Below, piece after piece: positions 14,904 through 28,600 of a DNA stretch of 64,000 nucleotides. A model generated the notes under the pieces. That model did not search any database. It was not told the origin of the DNA and saw only the letters and a program-made list of their open reading frames with translations. The position numbers and the translations under genes were made by a program. Every line of letters starts with the position of its first letter. Within the stretch, counting starts at the first letter, position 1. This stretch comes from Geosiphon pyriformis uo1. Taxonomy: Eukaryota; Fungi; Glomeromycota. Location of the stretch: NCBI GenBank assembly GCA_016748015.1, contig JAAOMT010000515.1:186001-250000 (forward strand), given 5' to 3'.

Positions 14904-17900
14904 TCATTTTCTTGTTCCAGTCTTTCTTAGTACCCAATAAGCGGCAAGCCGAACCATCACACAAATCATAACGAGGATAAATAAATTAGTGTACCAAGCG
15001 AGATGTGTCAACGAATTAAGCTTCAATACAGAGTGTCCTTCGATGTAGGCCGTCTGATTGCGGTTATCCAAGCATTCGCTATACTGGCTACCGACATTTT
15101 CTAAAGCTGAACATCTAAAACGTGCTGACGGTGTATCAAATTGTATTTGCATTAAGAGTTGGTAAGAATATTTACTGAAGGAAAGATAGGATGCCCATAA
15201 GAACCATCCCGGAACATAGGTTACATAGAAACCGGCCAAGAGCATGGATGAAAGCATGAATATGGTTACGCTTGCTGGAAAATTAGGTAATCAATTAAGG
15301 TCATTTTTATAAATCATGAGAATATAGCAGGAAAGATTTTTCCAAGGTTATTCTTAAAAACATACTCAATGCCTTAGGAAGATCCAACAACCAAGCACCA
15401 AATAAATAGCCAAAACTTTGTGCGGTGATAGTTGTAAGAATAACGCCGAGCTTTTAAAATTTAAAGCAGATAATTTAGCTGTAGTAGTTTTTTTTTAAAA
15501 AAAAAACAAAGTATTTGGATCCCAATCAACAAGATATAACTTACCCAGAATAAAATGAAATGTCCAGCAGAGGGCAATAAATTAGCTATCCAATATACAC
15601 CAAAGACAAATAATGATGGGGAGACTATCGCTAAGGGGACTTCGGCAAATGTTTTCGCAAGAAAATAAGCGGAAAGGCGATAGGATCGTGATTGTCGTTC
15701 TTTATTTAGCACTTCACGGTCTAATGGAAATGCGCTCACTGTTTGAAATAATGGATTGAATGACCAAAATATGCAGCTGTTTGGATTTATTTTAAAATAT
15801 AGATTAGCTTTTGAAATAGAAAAGCAGCATTGAAAAACATCAACATACGTGAAGTAAATCTGTGAGTGAAGAAAATCGTTTTGATTAGAACTAAACATCA
15901 AATAAAACATTAAAAGCTTGAGATATTAAATCGTTGCCTCACCAAACTATATCGATCTTTAATATGCTTTTCTTCGAATGGAATTCGAAACCAGATTAAC
16001 GAACAAATAAGAACCAAAGCAAAGGTCTGGAAAAAATCCATTTTCGAAAGAATAACCTTTCTACGTTGCTTAAATCCACGCTCTGTAAGAACTAAAAGTT
16101 GTTGCCAAAAAGTAGCTTCCCAGCGATGTTTCACAATAATTGGTTGGCCAATTGTATCATCTTCAATAGCTACTGTATCTGATGAAGAAAGCATGCTGTT
16201 TAAACTTAAAGGAGAATTGGGAATTATTTCTGGTATCTGCTTTTCATGAATTTGCGGCCGTTCACTATGTTTCATGACAATTTGTTTTCCACTTGGATCA
16301 TCAATCGCAATACGAGAGTATGAGTTAATAAGTTTTCTTCGGTTTTTCGAATCTTGTAAAACATCCACTAGGAAAAAATAAACAATTGAAACAAAATTAG
16401 AATTTTAAAAAGAAACATAATCTTGAAAATTTAAAATCTTACATAAATAATCCGCGGGGTTAAAATTGGCATGACAATTAAAGCCTTCCCGGGCAAGGTA
16501 ATTTACTAATTCGGGTGCTTGATCAAAATAAACCATTTTTCCATCTGCCATCACTAATAGTTTATCGAACAATTCAAATACTTGAGAAGATGGTTGATGG
16601 ATGACCATAATTATGGTTTTACGTTGTTGCAGAGCGAATTCTTTAAGAATTTTTACTAGTTCCAATGCAAGGGAGGAGTCTGACGCAAAGCGAAAAATTT
16701 AAGTTTTTATAATTCAACTGATTAGATGCAGGTTGAAAAGTATCATTGAATCAGAGAAACTCCAATTTACCTAATCCTGATGTTGGTTCGTCCAACAGAA
16801 TTACACTTGGATCTGTCAATAATTCACTAGCGATGCTGACTCGTTTTCTTTCACCACCAGACACACCGCGAACTCTCGTATCACCAATGATAGTATCAGC
16901 GCATTTGGTAAGGCGCAATAGCTTGATCACGTTCTCTACCTGCGCCAGTTTTTCTTGACGTGACATTTCACGTGGGAGCCTGAGCAATGCCTAAAAAAAT
17001 TGATCGGCATAAGTATAGGAAATAGTTTATTCGAACCAAACTAAAAGTGGAAATCACATACAGTGTACTTCAGCGTCTCACGAACCGTCAAATATGGGAA
17101 GAAGATATCATCTTGCGTACAATATGCAACAAATCTTTTTGACTCCTTGGTTAATTTCACACCATTTACAAGCATTGTACCCTCGTACTGTTTTTTATTG
17201 ATGCGATTCCCAAGTAGATTCAGGAGAGTGGTTTTACCGCAGCCTGATGGACCCATTATCGCCAAAATACCTTATACGGATATGATGAAGGGAAAATTTT
17301 AAGATTTTCAATTGATTGCATTAAAGAATCATTCTCACTCTAAATTGACCTACCAGGATTGGCACATCCATGAATGTTTTCAATGATTTTCTTATATCCA
17401 TCACTGCCTTTTGCCGGATTTTCAATATCATTTGGTTTTTTGATCGACTTATTGAAAGGCCAAAACCATGAGGTTAATTTATTCCTTTTTACATTTTCAG
17501 CTGGCTTCTCATTCTCATATGAAAGGTCATCATCTTGGCTGAACTTTTTCGAAACGGAATAATTCACCCCATACCACTCTACAAAAACAGGGTTTTGACG
17601 TGAGTTCGATCCGAATTCAGTATTATGAACGAGTTGTGCTCGTCCATTTTTTTTTTCAATGGTCGGCGAGGAAACTAATGTGTCTATCGTTTCTCGTCTC
17701 TTTTGTTTTAAGTCATTGGAATCAACGGCCGTTCCATGAATTTGAGTATCAGTCGAAGCAATATTAGCATGCTATTAGATATAATCAATAATAGTGATAA
17801 ATTTTACAATTCCAACTTCGAAAACGCGAAAATTTGCGAAAGAGATATAAACCTTCATCATATCATCTGTAATAGCATTATTAAAATCTCTTCTTGAAAC

Positions 17901-17978
17901 TCCAGCAGAAATCTGTCTCGTTAATGGAGGCTCCTTAAGTGTTATCACTTTTTGAGGTGCAGCTCTATTCCCCGACAT
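14904..17978 (-). CDS. Half-size ABC transporter, G (White) subfamily, about 10 exons
   Basis: Walker A GPSGCGKT, signature [12 protein letters not shown], Walker [14 protein letters not shown]-loop MVIHQP, and a C-terminal ABC2 membrane domain ([21 protein letters not shown]-like [44 protein letters not shown]). NBD precedes TMD. Includes an 11-nt exon at 15849-15859. Confidence 0.95.
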
Positions 17979-18218
17979 TTCGATTCTTTATTTTTCGGTT
18001 TTATTTATCGTGGATTTGCTCCAACAATGAAAAGGGTCACTTTAAAGGTAGAATTAGTCAAAGAACGCGACTAAAATTGATACTTCAACGTTAAGGATGC
18101 CCGCACTCATTTTTATAGGAAAATGAAAACATTTCAAAAGTTTAAAATCATTACAAATGGCTTTTAGGGTACGCAGACACAAGACTTGTAAGTTTCTAGT
18201 TTTTTCCAAATGAGAACC

Positions 18219-18339
18219 ATTGGTTGAAAAATTTGTAATCAATCTTGATGAATGGAAAATATCGCAATTTTCCAGATTAGATTTATTGGTTGAAAAATTT
18301 TATAATAGTAAGCCATGATGAATGGAAAAAATTCCCAAT
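18219..18339. promoter_or_regulatory. Tandem duplicated about 50-bp module with CCAAT boxes upstream of the ABCG gene
   Basis: ATTGGTTGAAAAATTT..TGATGAATGGAAAA..CAAT at 18219-18268 and 18285-18339. Each copy reads CCAAT on the gene (minus) strand, 240-310 bp upstream of the ATG. Confidence 0.45.
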
Positions 18340-19899
18340 CTGTGTTTTGGACGCAACAATGAACTTGAATGCATTTAGTATAGAAAGAGTATCATTAGAA
18401 ATTAAAATTGTGGTCTATTAACGCCCTGTGAAATTTTAAATTGTGACTTTAATTAATTTACAAGGATCTATCTGAGTTTCCTTTTGGTGTATTCTCTTGT
18501 TTCTTGTTTGTTTGTTTTTGTTGTGCAATAATCTTTCATTTCAGTATCTGAAAAAATTTAAGGATTGTGTAAATTAGTGTAAACTTTCCTTTACGGTAAG
18601 AAAAACCTTCGTTTTAACTAAATTTGACAAATAGCTTGTTTTAAAGATCAGTTGTCTTTAATTATTTACCAAACCAAGATTTTCACCAGCAAAATTTACC
18701 CGTTTAAACTCCCAAAATTTTTGATTAAAGCTCGATATGTATTAAATCATTTGTAATGAAATCATCACCAGTGGTTTAAAAGCTTGAATTGGACAAAATC
18801 AACACAATTAAAGATAAACGAAGCCGCTGCCCGCAGTCTTCTGCGTGATGCAACAATGATTACATGAATCGGCAGACTAATTGGATGTCGTCGATTATGG
18901 CAAAATAACATTTAGTCAAAAGTAATAAATGGTTGCTCATTTCTGACATATCATTTCTAGCCTGTCCAAGTATAAAATTTTACCCGGACACTTTCCAAGG
19001 AGAAGAGCTGTGCCCAAAATTGATGCGATATGATCAAGTTGTGATAATTGATGCGCATTTTTAATGGGATTTTCCAACGGCCTAGGGTTTCAGCGACCCT
19101 ATCTTATAGCTCTAATAAAATATACGGAATAGCCATCTATACAAAATAAACAGAATAGCCGCTACTCAAGTTTTAAACATGTTCAATGTTATATAAAAAA
19201 TTCTTGGAGAAGCCAAGATGGAATTACTGCTCTTAAAAAACTTTCAAAGAAACCAAATTTTAATGCTGCAAGCCTTTGTGAACTTTTTAATCTTTAAAAG
19301 GGAGACAACATTTATTTCTCATACTTTTATGGTTAAAAAAATAAATCTAGATTTGCAAGCTCAGATTTTTTTGTGATCAGATTATTATCAAATTTTTTAC
19401 ACATTTTTACACTTATATGTTACTCATATCTTTCAGAGCAATAAACTTGCTCTTATAAATTGGAACCATTAGGGCGACAGTAGTTTATCCTAAATTCATT
19501 ATTAATAAAAAGTTAAGACTATTGATTATATTTTGACCGTTTTTTTCAAGGTTAATTTGAGTTTTTTTTCAAAATTTATAGTAAATTGTAAAAGCAATAA
19601 ATATAAATTAAGTGAATGGATCAAAATTCTATTTTTGACGATAAGAACTTAATAAATGTAAGGGTTATTGATATTCATGTGTATTAATAAATTATAATAA
19701 AGTTATAAAAAACATGGTTTATAAAATAAATTTAATAGTCCTTTTTCTTGATATACAGGTTTACAATTAATAAAACAAATAATGGAATGAAAAACCTGAA
19801 AATTTGAATTATTGATCAATAGATTGACAATAATATAATATATACAATTGTATGGCAAATAGTAATACACATAAGTTAGGCACAAGCCTACATAAAAGC

Positions 19900-21862
19900 A
19901 AATTATTTAAATAATAAATCACTAATAATGCTGATAACAAATGCTAAATTTAAATAATATTAATCACATGATATGTCATAATTAAAATGACATTTTTAAA
20001 ATTAATTTTTTTATTAAATTCTTATATTTATTATATAGTATACATAACATGTTATTTAATTAACAAATTCATTTAAAAAATAAATTATTGACTTTATTAT
20101 TGATTATTTTTGTTATTTGTATATTCAACATTCTTCAAAAAATACTTTTAAATATCTTTTTTTATTTTTTTGGTTAAATAAAATTAACATAAAAAACGAG
20201 TTTATAATACTGTACAAAATTAATGTATTCAAAATCTTTCATTTTATATGCAAAAAAAATTAACATTGGTTTAATAATTAATTTAATTTATTGGTTGGTT
20301 TAATTTAAATTGTTAATTTAAAATTTAAAATAATTTTTTTAGTTAATCTAAATTCATTTTGTTTGGTTTTGATATATATGGAAAATTAGTTGTATTTTTT
20401 AGTAAAATCTTAATATTTTCAATAAAACCTGATTTAATAATCTTAACTTTAATATTAAAAATAATTGTATTAATACTTTATCTAAAATATTTATTTAAAT
20501 TTTAATGTTTATAATTTGAATTTTAATATTAATTATTCTGTTTTTAGATAACACAATAAATTTTTGCTAGTTTTTATCTTTGCTATTATTATTATTATTA
20601 TTATTATTATAGTATTAAATTAAAATTGCTTTTTAGATTTTATTTTATTTGCTAAAAGAATTTGTAAAGTTTTTTATGTATCTACCTTTTTTAAGAACCA
20701 TTTACAAAAACACTTGATATTTAAATTACATCAATTATTTTTTATTTGACTTTTTTAATAATTATTAATTAATATTTATTTTTAAATTTTATACTTTTTG
20801 CCATAAAAAAAATTTAAATTTAATTGTTTTTAATTATTACTATAAGTTTTGGTTTTTTTAAAACTTTTATTAATTTAAAAAATGATTGCTTTTAATTCAA
20901 CTTTTTTAATTTTTTATTATTTGAGTTATTTTTTGTTAATATTATTATCTAATTTCTTGATTTATTTATTAGTTTTTAAATTTTTATTATATGCTTTTTT
21001 TTGGATTTATTTTAATATAAAATTGTTAGCTTAATAACTTTTTTATTTTATTATTGTTTTGGTTTTTGTTACCAATTATTCTTAATTAAAACTAAATAAT
21101 TATTGGCTTTTATAATTTTAAATAATTTTTTTTGAATTTTAATTAGTAAATTAAACTTAATCAAATAAATTTTTTATATAAATTTTTATTATGCTATTTA
21201 TTATTTTTGCTTTGTTTTTTATTTGAATTGTGCAGATATTTTGGTTTTTTTTAATTTACTTATAAATTATTAAAATATAAAGTATTAAAACAGTATTTAA
21301 TATTAATTAATTTGTTAATATTGTTTTAATAATTTAACATTTTTTAAATTGGTTAATTAAGTTAATTTTAATTATTAAATAATATATTTAATATATTAAA
21401 ATAGGTTTAATAGCTTGAACTTTTTTAATTGTAAATTAAAAATTACATAATTAAAATTTTATTATTTAGATTGCTATTTATTTTTTAATTTACAAATAAA
21501 CTTTTAAATTTAATTATGTTCTAAATATTAATAAGTTAATATATTGTTTTTTATAATTTAATTTTTAAATTAACATATTTTTTAATAAGTTTGTCAATTT
21601 TTGTTTTTAATTTTTTAATTTATCAATTTAACTAAATATTTAAATAATAATATAGTATTTTAAAAAAAACTGTTACAAATAATTAAGTTAATACTACTTT
21701 GTTTTTAATATAAAACACAAATATATTAAGTTTTTTCCAATAATTTAAATTTAAAATATAGTAAAATTATTTTATTAATTTAATAAGTATTATAAAAACA
21801 TAAGAATTTAACCAAATAAATTTAATAAATTGTGTTATCTTATTATTAGTAACTTAAATAAA

Positions 21863-21957
<95 letters not shown>

Positions 21958-22380
21958 GTATAGCCATATTACTATTTAATACGATACAACTGCTCATAAT
22001 TATTATTAAATTAAATTAAGTAATATTATTGTTTTTTTGTTATTATAATAATAAAATTACTATAAAGATTTAAAATTTCAAAATAAATTAAAGTTTATTA
22101 TATAATAATCTAGTTTATTTAATAATAATAAAATAAATTAATCTAATGTATTTTAATTATAAAAATACAATATATATTTAAATAAAACACATATATAAAT
22201 TTGGTTAAAAAATTTTTAAATTAATTTTATAAACAATTATAATTTTTAATACATTAATTAATTACCAAGTAATTATAAAGTTTTTTACAAGAAAAAAATA
22301 AAAAAAATTATATTGCATTATATTAAGTATTAAAATTATTATTTTGTTATAAAATACATTTTTTAAAAACATTTATTTTT
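19900..22380 (-). mobile_element. Eroded retrotransposon relic with a dUTPase-like segment
   Basis: Minus strand about 20360-20470 reads TIIFNIKVKIIKSGFIENIKILLKNTTNFPYISKPKQ, resembling dUTPase motif 3 (GVIDxG[FY]xGxIxxxLxN) after G-to-A erosion. Very AT-rich. No LTRs resolved. Confidence 0.4.
21866..21956. repeat. (TTA)n microsatellite, about 30 units
   Basis: Directly visible. Shorter ATT runs occur at about 1365-1392, 14776-14805, 20584-20610 and 39421-39465. Confidence 0.97.
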
Positions 22381-22392
22381 TTAAAAAAAATA

Positions 22393-22695
22393 GGGAATTG
22401 CTAAATCGACCCACCCGCAACACGTGATATTATTTTACGTCATAGTTTCGTATTCAACTATATATAGGAACATATTAACGAATATTATGGTTAGTGTTTT
22501 TTAATTATAAAACACTTTAAATTACCTAAGGCATAATAAAAAATAAAATATATAATCTATACTCAATTTTATATAAGAAAAAGTTATTTTTTATTTTAAT
22601 TAAACTAATATTTATTAGAATTACTAATAAATAAATATTAAAATTATATATATATTAATATTACGTGTTACGAGTGGATCGATTTAGCAATTCCC
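22393..22695. mobile_element. 303-bp MITE with 40-bp TIRs and 8-bp TSD (AAAAAATA); Mutator- or Merlin-like termini
   Basis: Left TIR 22393-22432 GGGAATTGCTAAATCGACCCACCCGCAACACGTGATATTA matches the reverse complement of 22656-22695 at 36/40. Both flanks carry AAAAAATA. Confidence 0.9.
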
Positions 22696-24140
22696 AAAAA
22701 ATATTATTCTAAATTTAACATTATTAGTTTATAAAAATTTTGGTAAATTTTTTCAAAATAAATGTGAATTTTACTTGAATTTATTTGAAATATAATAATA
22801 CATATATTTTTGTTTTTTTTAATTATATTATTTTATAGTATAACAAGTTAAAAAATTGTTAATATTAAGGATTTATTATATAAATCTATATTTATTTTAA
22901 AACTTTTAACTTGTTTTATTTAAATATTTTATTAGGTAAATTATTGTGTTATTAAAATAGTTTAGTTTAAATGATTTTTGTAAATTATTATATTAATTTA
23001 TTATTAAATCAATTTATTTTTATTGTTATTTAGCAAATTTAGTTATTAATTTATTAGACTTTAATTAATTTAAATTTCAAAAATAATAATAATAAGTATT
23101 ATTATTATATAAACAAAAACCAATAATTAATATTTAATTATTTTTAATATTAGTTATAAAAATTACTGATTAATATATTTATAAGAATAAAAATTAAAGT
23201 TTTTATAATTTATAAATTTAAATATTTATTATAAATTTTACTTTTCTTAATTACTAAATTAATTAATTAATTAATTAGAATTTAATTAAACATATATTAA
23301 AATTTTTAATCAATCAAAATTTATTTATTTTAAATAAATTTTTTAATAATTAAAAATACAGCAAATTAAATAAAATTCATTATATTGTAAAAAAACATAA
23401 AATTGTATTTTTAAATAACTTAAAATACTTAAAATATTTTTTTGCTTATACATAATTATTAAAAACAAAAATATTTTAATACATAATAAAAAAAAAAGTT
23501 AATATTTATGTGAAAACAAAAAATATTTTTTATTTAATGATAAAGATTTGCTACTTAATTAAATTTAAATAATTTATAATATTTAAGCTATTATTTATTA
23601 ATTAAATATTTATATAACCAACAAATTAAATAAAAAAGTATATAAATAATAATTATAATATATGTAAAATAATTTTTTATGTTGTATATAATATTTATTT
23701 TAACAAAATTATGAGTTGAATATATTTTAGTTTCTTAAATATTAATCTTAACTAAAAACTTAAAATTTAATAATTAATTAATAAAAACCCAATTTCATGT
23801 TCTTTATTATATTTTTAAAATAAGTCATTGAGTTCTATATTTCAAAGTCCAAATAATTAGAATTCTTTTTCAGTATTATAAAAACTTAACTTCCATTGTA
23901 AGAAGTGTTGATTTCATTGTTTTAAATATATTCAAAACAAAATAAAGTAAGACGAATATCAACGTTCAATAATTTATTAAAAATTTAAGAACTACACCTT
24001 TATCTAGATAAGGTTTTGAATATATAGATATTATCATACATATTGATGTTTTATAATTTAATTGAATAAGGTTGCAATAGAAGACTAGAGCAAACTCTTC
24101 AGATTTTCATAGGATTATGGAACGATGGGAGATATATTTA

Positions 24141-25029
24141 TTATTTCGGGAAGTATTCCAAGACGACATGAACTTCACCGTTAACTTCCTTGGATTTCTG
24201 GGAGTGAACTACCGGAACCCAGGTATCTTGGTAATAATTTTTATATACAGGCCCCAACTCGATTTTACTCTCGCCGATCTTTCAAATAATTTGATTAGGG
24301 AATAATTTTTTATTTTTATGTGATGGTTTCAGAATCAGTAGCAATGTAATTCATATTTTTAGTACCTTATCATCTGTTCCAATATCATCATCCAAAAGTC
24401 TGAGATGAAGAAAGTTTTCGCCTTTCACAGGACTTGAAGTGTTAAGGAATAGTATTTAAAAGGGTAAAATTAGATTTCAAAGGAGGATAATTTTCTTGAA
24501 AATCATGACTTACTAGGTGGTCTCTTTGAGCCAAACAGGGCTATTGGTGTTGTGGCGCACCTCAGTCTTTTGCTTTTCATGTCCATCAATCCAAAATTCA
24601 ACATAAGGGTCACCTTGAGTAGAAGAATATCCCAAATTAACATAATTCATCGGGAAGATATCAGCCTGAGATTAGGAGGCTTTAGAATTTAGTTCTTAGC
24701 CAAGTTTACCTGTGCCTATAAGATTCAAAATTAAAAGTATGTTACTTGATGTTCAGTTCTCGTTCACTTCTCTCTACTAGATAAAGAAAAGCAAATGTTA
24801 TATACCAATAGAGTCCATATCTTTGACATTTCTCCCTTCGACTAATGAAACAATTTAATTATTAGGAAAAAATCTGATAAAACTTCGAAGAGTGGGAAAA
24901 TTGTTTTGTCCAACTGACTAATACATTCAGTTGACCTCTACCATTCTTTTCTGGCCCCAAAGCAAACTTAATCTGAGAATAAACCAAATTTTACTTACGA
25001 ATTCGTACGTGAAGTTCTCCTTTACCCAT
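24141..25029 (-). CDS. Single C2-domain protein (125 aa), 6 exons, absent from the ORF track
   Basis: Exons 25029-24999, 24841-24806, 24715-24710, 24613-24514, 24432-24366, 24278-24141, all GT-AG, total 378 nt. Translation: MGKGELHVRILEGRNVKDMDSIGTGDPYVEFWIDGHEKQKTEVRHNTNSPVWLKETTYPVKGENFLHLRLLDDDIGTDDKIGESKIELGPVYKNYYQDTWVPVVHSQKSKEVNGEVHVVLEYFPK*. Ca2+-ligand Asp residues retained. Confidence 0.93.
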
Positions 25030-25699
25030 TGTGTTGAAAATTTTAAAGGAAGTTGAAAAGAGTTGAAGTTAAATAGTTAGGATTCCGTCAAGGCGCTTTT
25101 AAGGAAGACAAGGAAAAAGAAATTTCCATTGAAAGATTCCGTGTCACCAAAAACAAAGCTTGCGCATCTGGCCAAAAATAGGTTAGTAATGAGAAAAAAG
25201 CTATTTGACGTTTATCTTTTCCCACAAAAAGCCTGTTAAATGCACATGCATGATTTGTTTTAACAGTTATAAATCTTTTTTTTTGCTTTAACAAAGTGTG
25301 ATCTATGCTAGTAGGATAAAAATAAATAAAACTAACATTTTTAATTAATAATAATAAATATGTGAAATGCTTATAAATTTTTTTACCTATTTGTAAAAAA
25401 AGTTTTGCATAAAAATTGTGTAATAAATTTTAATTACTCTATATTATTTATGTTTAAAATAAATTAATATTTTGCACACTATTTTTTAATAGTTTGTATT
25501 GCTTAAATTCATTATAATATTAACTAAAAAAAATTGCGAATATAATAAACAATTATTTTTAATAATAAATATTATACAAAATATTACAATAATTTTCAAA
25601 AAAATTTATATTAAAAATTTTATACATTTTGTTTTTAAATATAACAAAAAATTCATAATTTTTTTTCTTATATTTTTATAACTACAATTAAAGTAAAAG

Positions 25700-28600
25700 T
25701 AAAAAAAAGAAATTATTTTTTCTTTTATTGTTACAACTAATTGAATTATTTCAAAAGTTTTTTTAAAAGTAAAGTTAATTAAGCAGTAGTTTTTTATAAT
25801 GCTTTTTTTTAAATATTAAAAACATAGAACAGTTATTATTTGCTAAAAACACTTTTTTGGTTTTAAGTGAGATTTTCTGTTTAAAGTTTTTTTAAATAAC
25901 CAACTAAAATCAGTTTTAATATAATTATTATTATTATAAAAAGTTCAAAAATCTTTAATAATAAACCAATAATAATACTCTTTTCTTTTTTAATAATTCT
26001 TTTTATATATTACTTAAATAGCCAAAAAAACCAGAAAAACAATCTTTTTTTTCTTAATTTAACAACCAATTTTTTTAAAATACCAAAAAAAATTATTTTT
26101 TTAGTGTTTTTTAAAACACGATTTTTGATTTAAAATCTGTTTTTTATAAAAAATAAGAAATTGGTTTTACTTATATTAATTTTGTTATAATTATACTAAT
26201 TATAATAATCAACTTAAATATAATTATAAACAATAATTTTTTTTTAAATAATAATAATAATAACATATTTGCCAAAATTAATTTTAATTAGCAAATAATT
26301 GAATTGTTTATTATGTTAATTTTTAATTAATTTTTATGAATTTTAAAAACAAAACAAATTATGTTTTTATACATAATTTTACTTAAGTATTTTATTAAAT
26401 TATTTAATTTTAGAAATTAGGCTAATTAAATAAAAATTAAAGTATTTTTTTTGTTTTTTAAAAATACTATTAATTCTAATAATATTTAAAATTTTTTTAT
26501 TAGTTTTTAAAAAATTTTAAATAAATAATTCTATTTTAATATTTAATAAAACTATTAAAATTAAAGTAGTTTATATTAAAACTGTTGTTATAAATCTGTT
26601 TTTTGGTATGTTTAATGTCTAAAATCTTAATTTAACTATAAATAAATTTTATAAATTTTTTAATATTAAAATTATTAAATAAGTTTTTTTTTGTTTTTCT
26701 ATTGTATTATATATAATTTTTTTTAAAAAAAACCATTTCTAAATTTTATTTGCTGTTATTAAATTTTTTTAAAATTAGTTTTACAATTATTTAAAGTGTT
26801 TTTCTAATTAAAAACATAAAATATTAATAGTCTTAAGTGTTTTTTTAAATAAAATTATGATTTTTTTTTCAATTAATAATAATATAAATAATTTTAAATA
26901 GAAATTATTTTTTTAATAAATTTAGTTAATAAATATTTAATAAAAAATACAAGTAAATTTTTTAATAGTTTTATAATAATAATTCAATTTTCTAATATTC
27001 TATTATTATTATTTTAATTGATTAAATATTGTATATTTTTATTAAAAAAATCTTGGATTTCAAATTTGAATCTTAAGCTATAAATAAAACTAATATAAAT
27101 AAAAACAATTAAAATATTATATATATATATATTTGTAAATTTACGAAATAATATATTGTAATATTATATTTTTAATATTTTAAAATAGTGTTTACTACTA
27201 TTATAATATTGTGTTTACTGTTATTATAATTTAATATTTGCTGCTATTACAAAATTAATACTTGTTATTAATATTATTTCATAATTATTACTATATAAAT
27301 TATTAGTTTAATTTAATTTATTAATTTAAAATTAATTATTAGAAACAATATTTGACTTTTTTATATATTATTATTTAAATTATATTTATTTATTTTATTT
27401 TTAAAATTACAAAGTTTTCTGTTTTCGTTGTTGTTATTTTTTTTTAAAAACTACTTTAAATATATAATTATACTTGTTTTATTTTTAAAAAAATTTAAAT
27501 ATTGTTGTTATTAAAACTAATATCTTAAAAAAAAGTTATATTTAATAAAAAATTCTTAATTATTAATGTTATCTTAAGTATTAAAATTCAGATTATTAAG
27601 GTTTTAAATATAAAATATTTTTATTTTATTTTTTAAAGCCAGTATTTAAGTTTGTATTAAGTATTAAAGCTTTTAAAATTAATTTATTAGTATAAAATTA
27701 TAAATAAAAGTTGTTGTTTTTAACTTTTTTTTCTGTTGTTATTAATAATTTTATAATTAGTTTAAGTTAATATTTTTGAGTTAAATTGGTTTTATTAGTT
27801 AAATTTATTATTAAATCTATTAATTTTTTAATTGTTTTAATTATAAAATTGATAAATTTTTTTTTGAATATTAAAATAAAATAAAAATTTTTACAATTTA
27901 AAAAAATATTGGCAATTTTAAACATATTAAGCAAAAAAAATTATTTTAAAATAATGTATAATATAAATAATTTATTTAATAAATTTTTTTTTGTTAAAAT
28001 AATGGTTTTTTAAAAGTTTAATATAAATAAAACTGCTGTTTAGTTGACTAATTAAGTTTTTAATAATAATAATATAGTTGTAATTATATAAAAAAAATTG
28101 TTTAAATAAATTTATTTTTATAAATTTAATATTATTTAGTTTTAATTAATTTAAATAATTAATTATATTTAATTTAAAATTTGTTGTAATTGTATTTTAT
28201 TAAGTAATATTTAAATTTATTTATTAATATAAAAAAAAAAAATTAATTAATTTTTTAAATTTTTTGATATTTATATTAATTTTAATATAAATGTATTTAT
28301 TTAATTTAATATAAACAGTTGTTTTTTTATTTAAATAATAACAGTAATAATATGTTTATCAAAATTGGTTTTAATCAATACATAATTAAATTATTTAAAT
28401 AAAAATTTAAACTGTTTTTTAAAAATAATATTAATTCTAATAATATTTAAAAATAATAACTTATTATTAAAAATTTTTAAATAAATAATTTTTATTTTGT
28501 GTTTAATAAAACTGTAAAATTTATTTTTTAAATTTTTTTAAATATTATTATTCAAATTATACTTGCTAATTTCTCTTTTTTATTATTTTTAAATTTGTAA

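Noticed and set aside
16746-17562. Plus-strand ORFs overlapping the ABCG gene
   Set aside because: Antisense shadows of real exons; the same applies to shadows over the F-box, NTPase, MSH5, oxidase and lipase genes.
18812-18835. DKRSRCP, resembling the peroxidase DKRSPCP motif
   Set aside because: The following residues do not match ALNxLANHG; likely coincidence.
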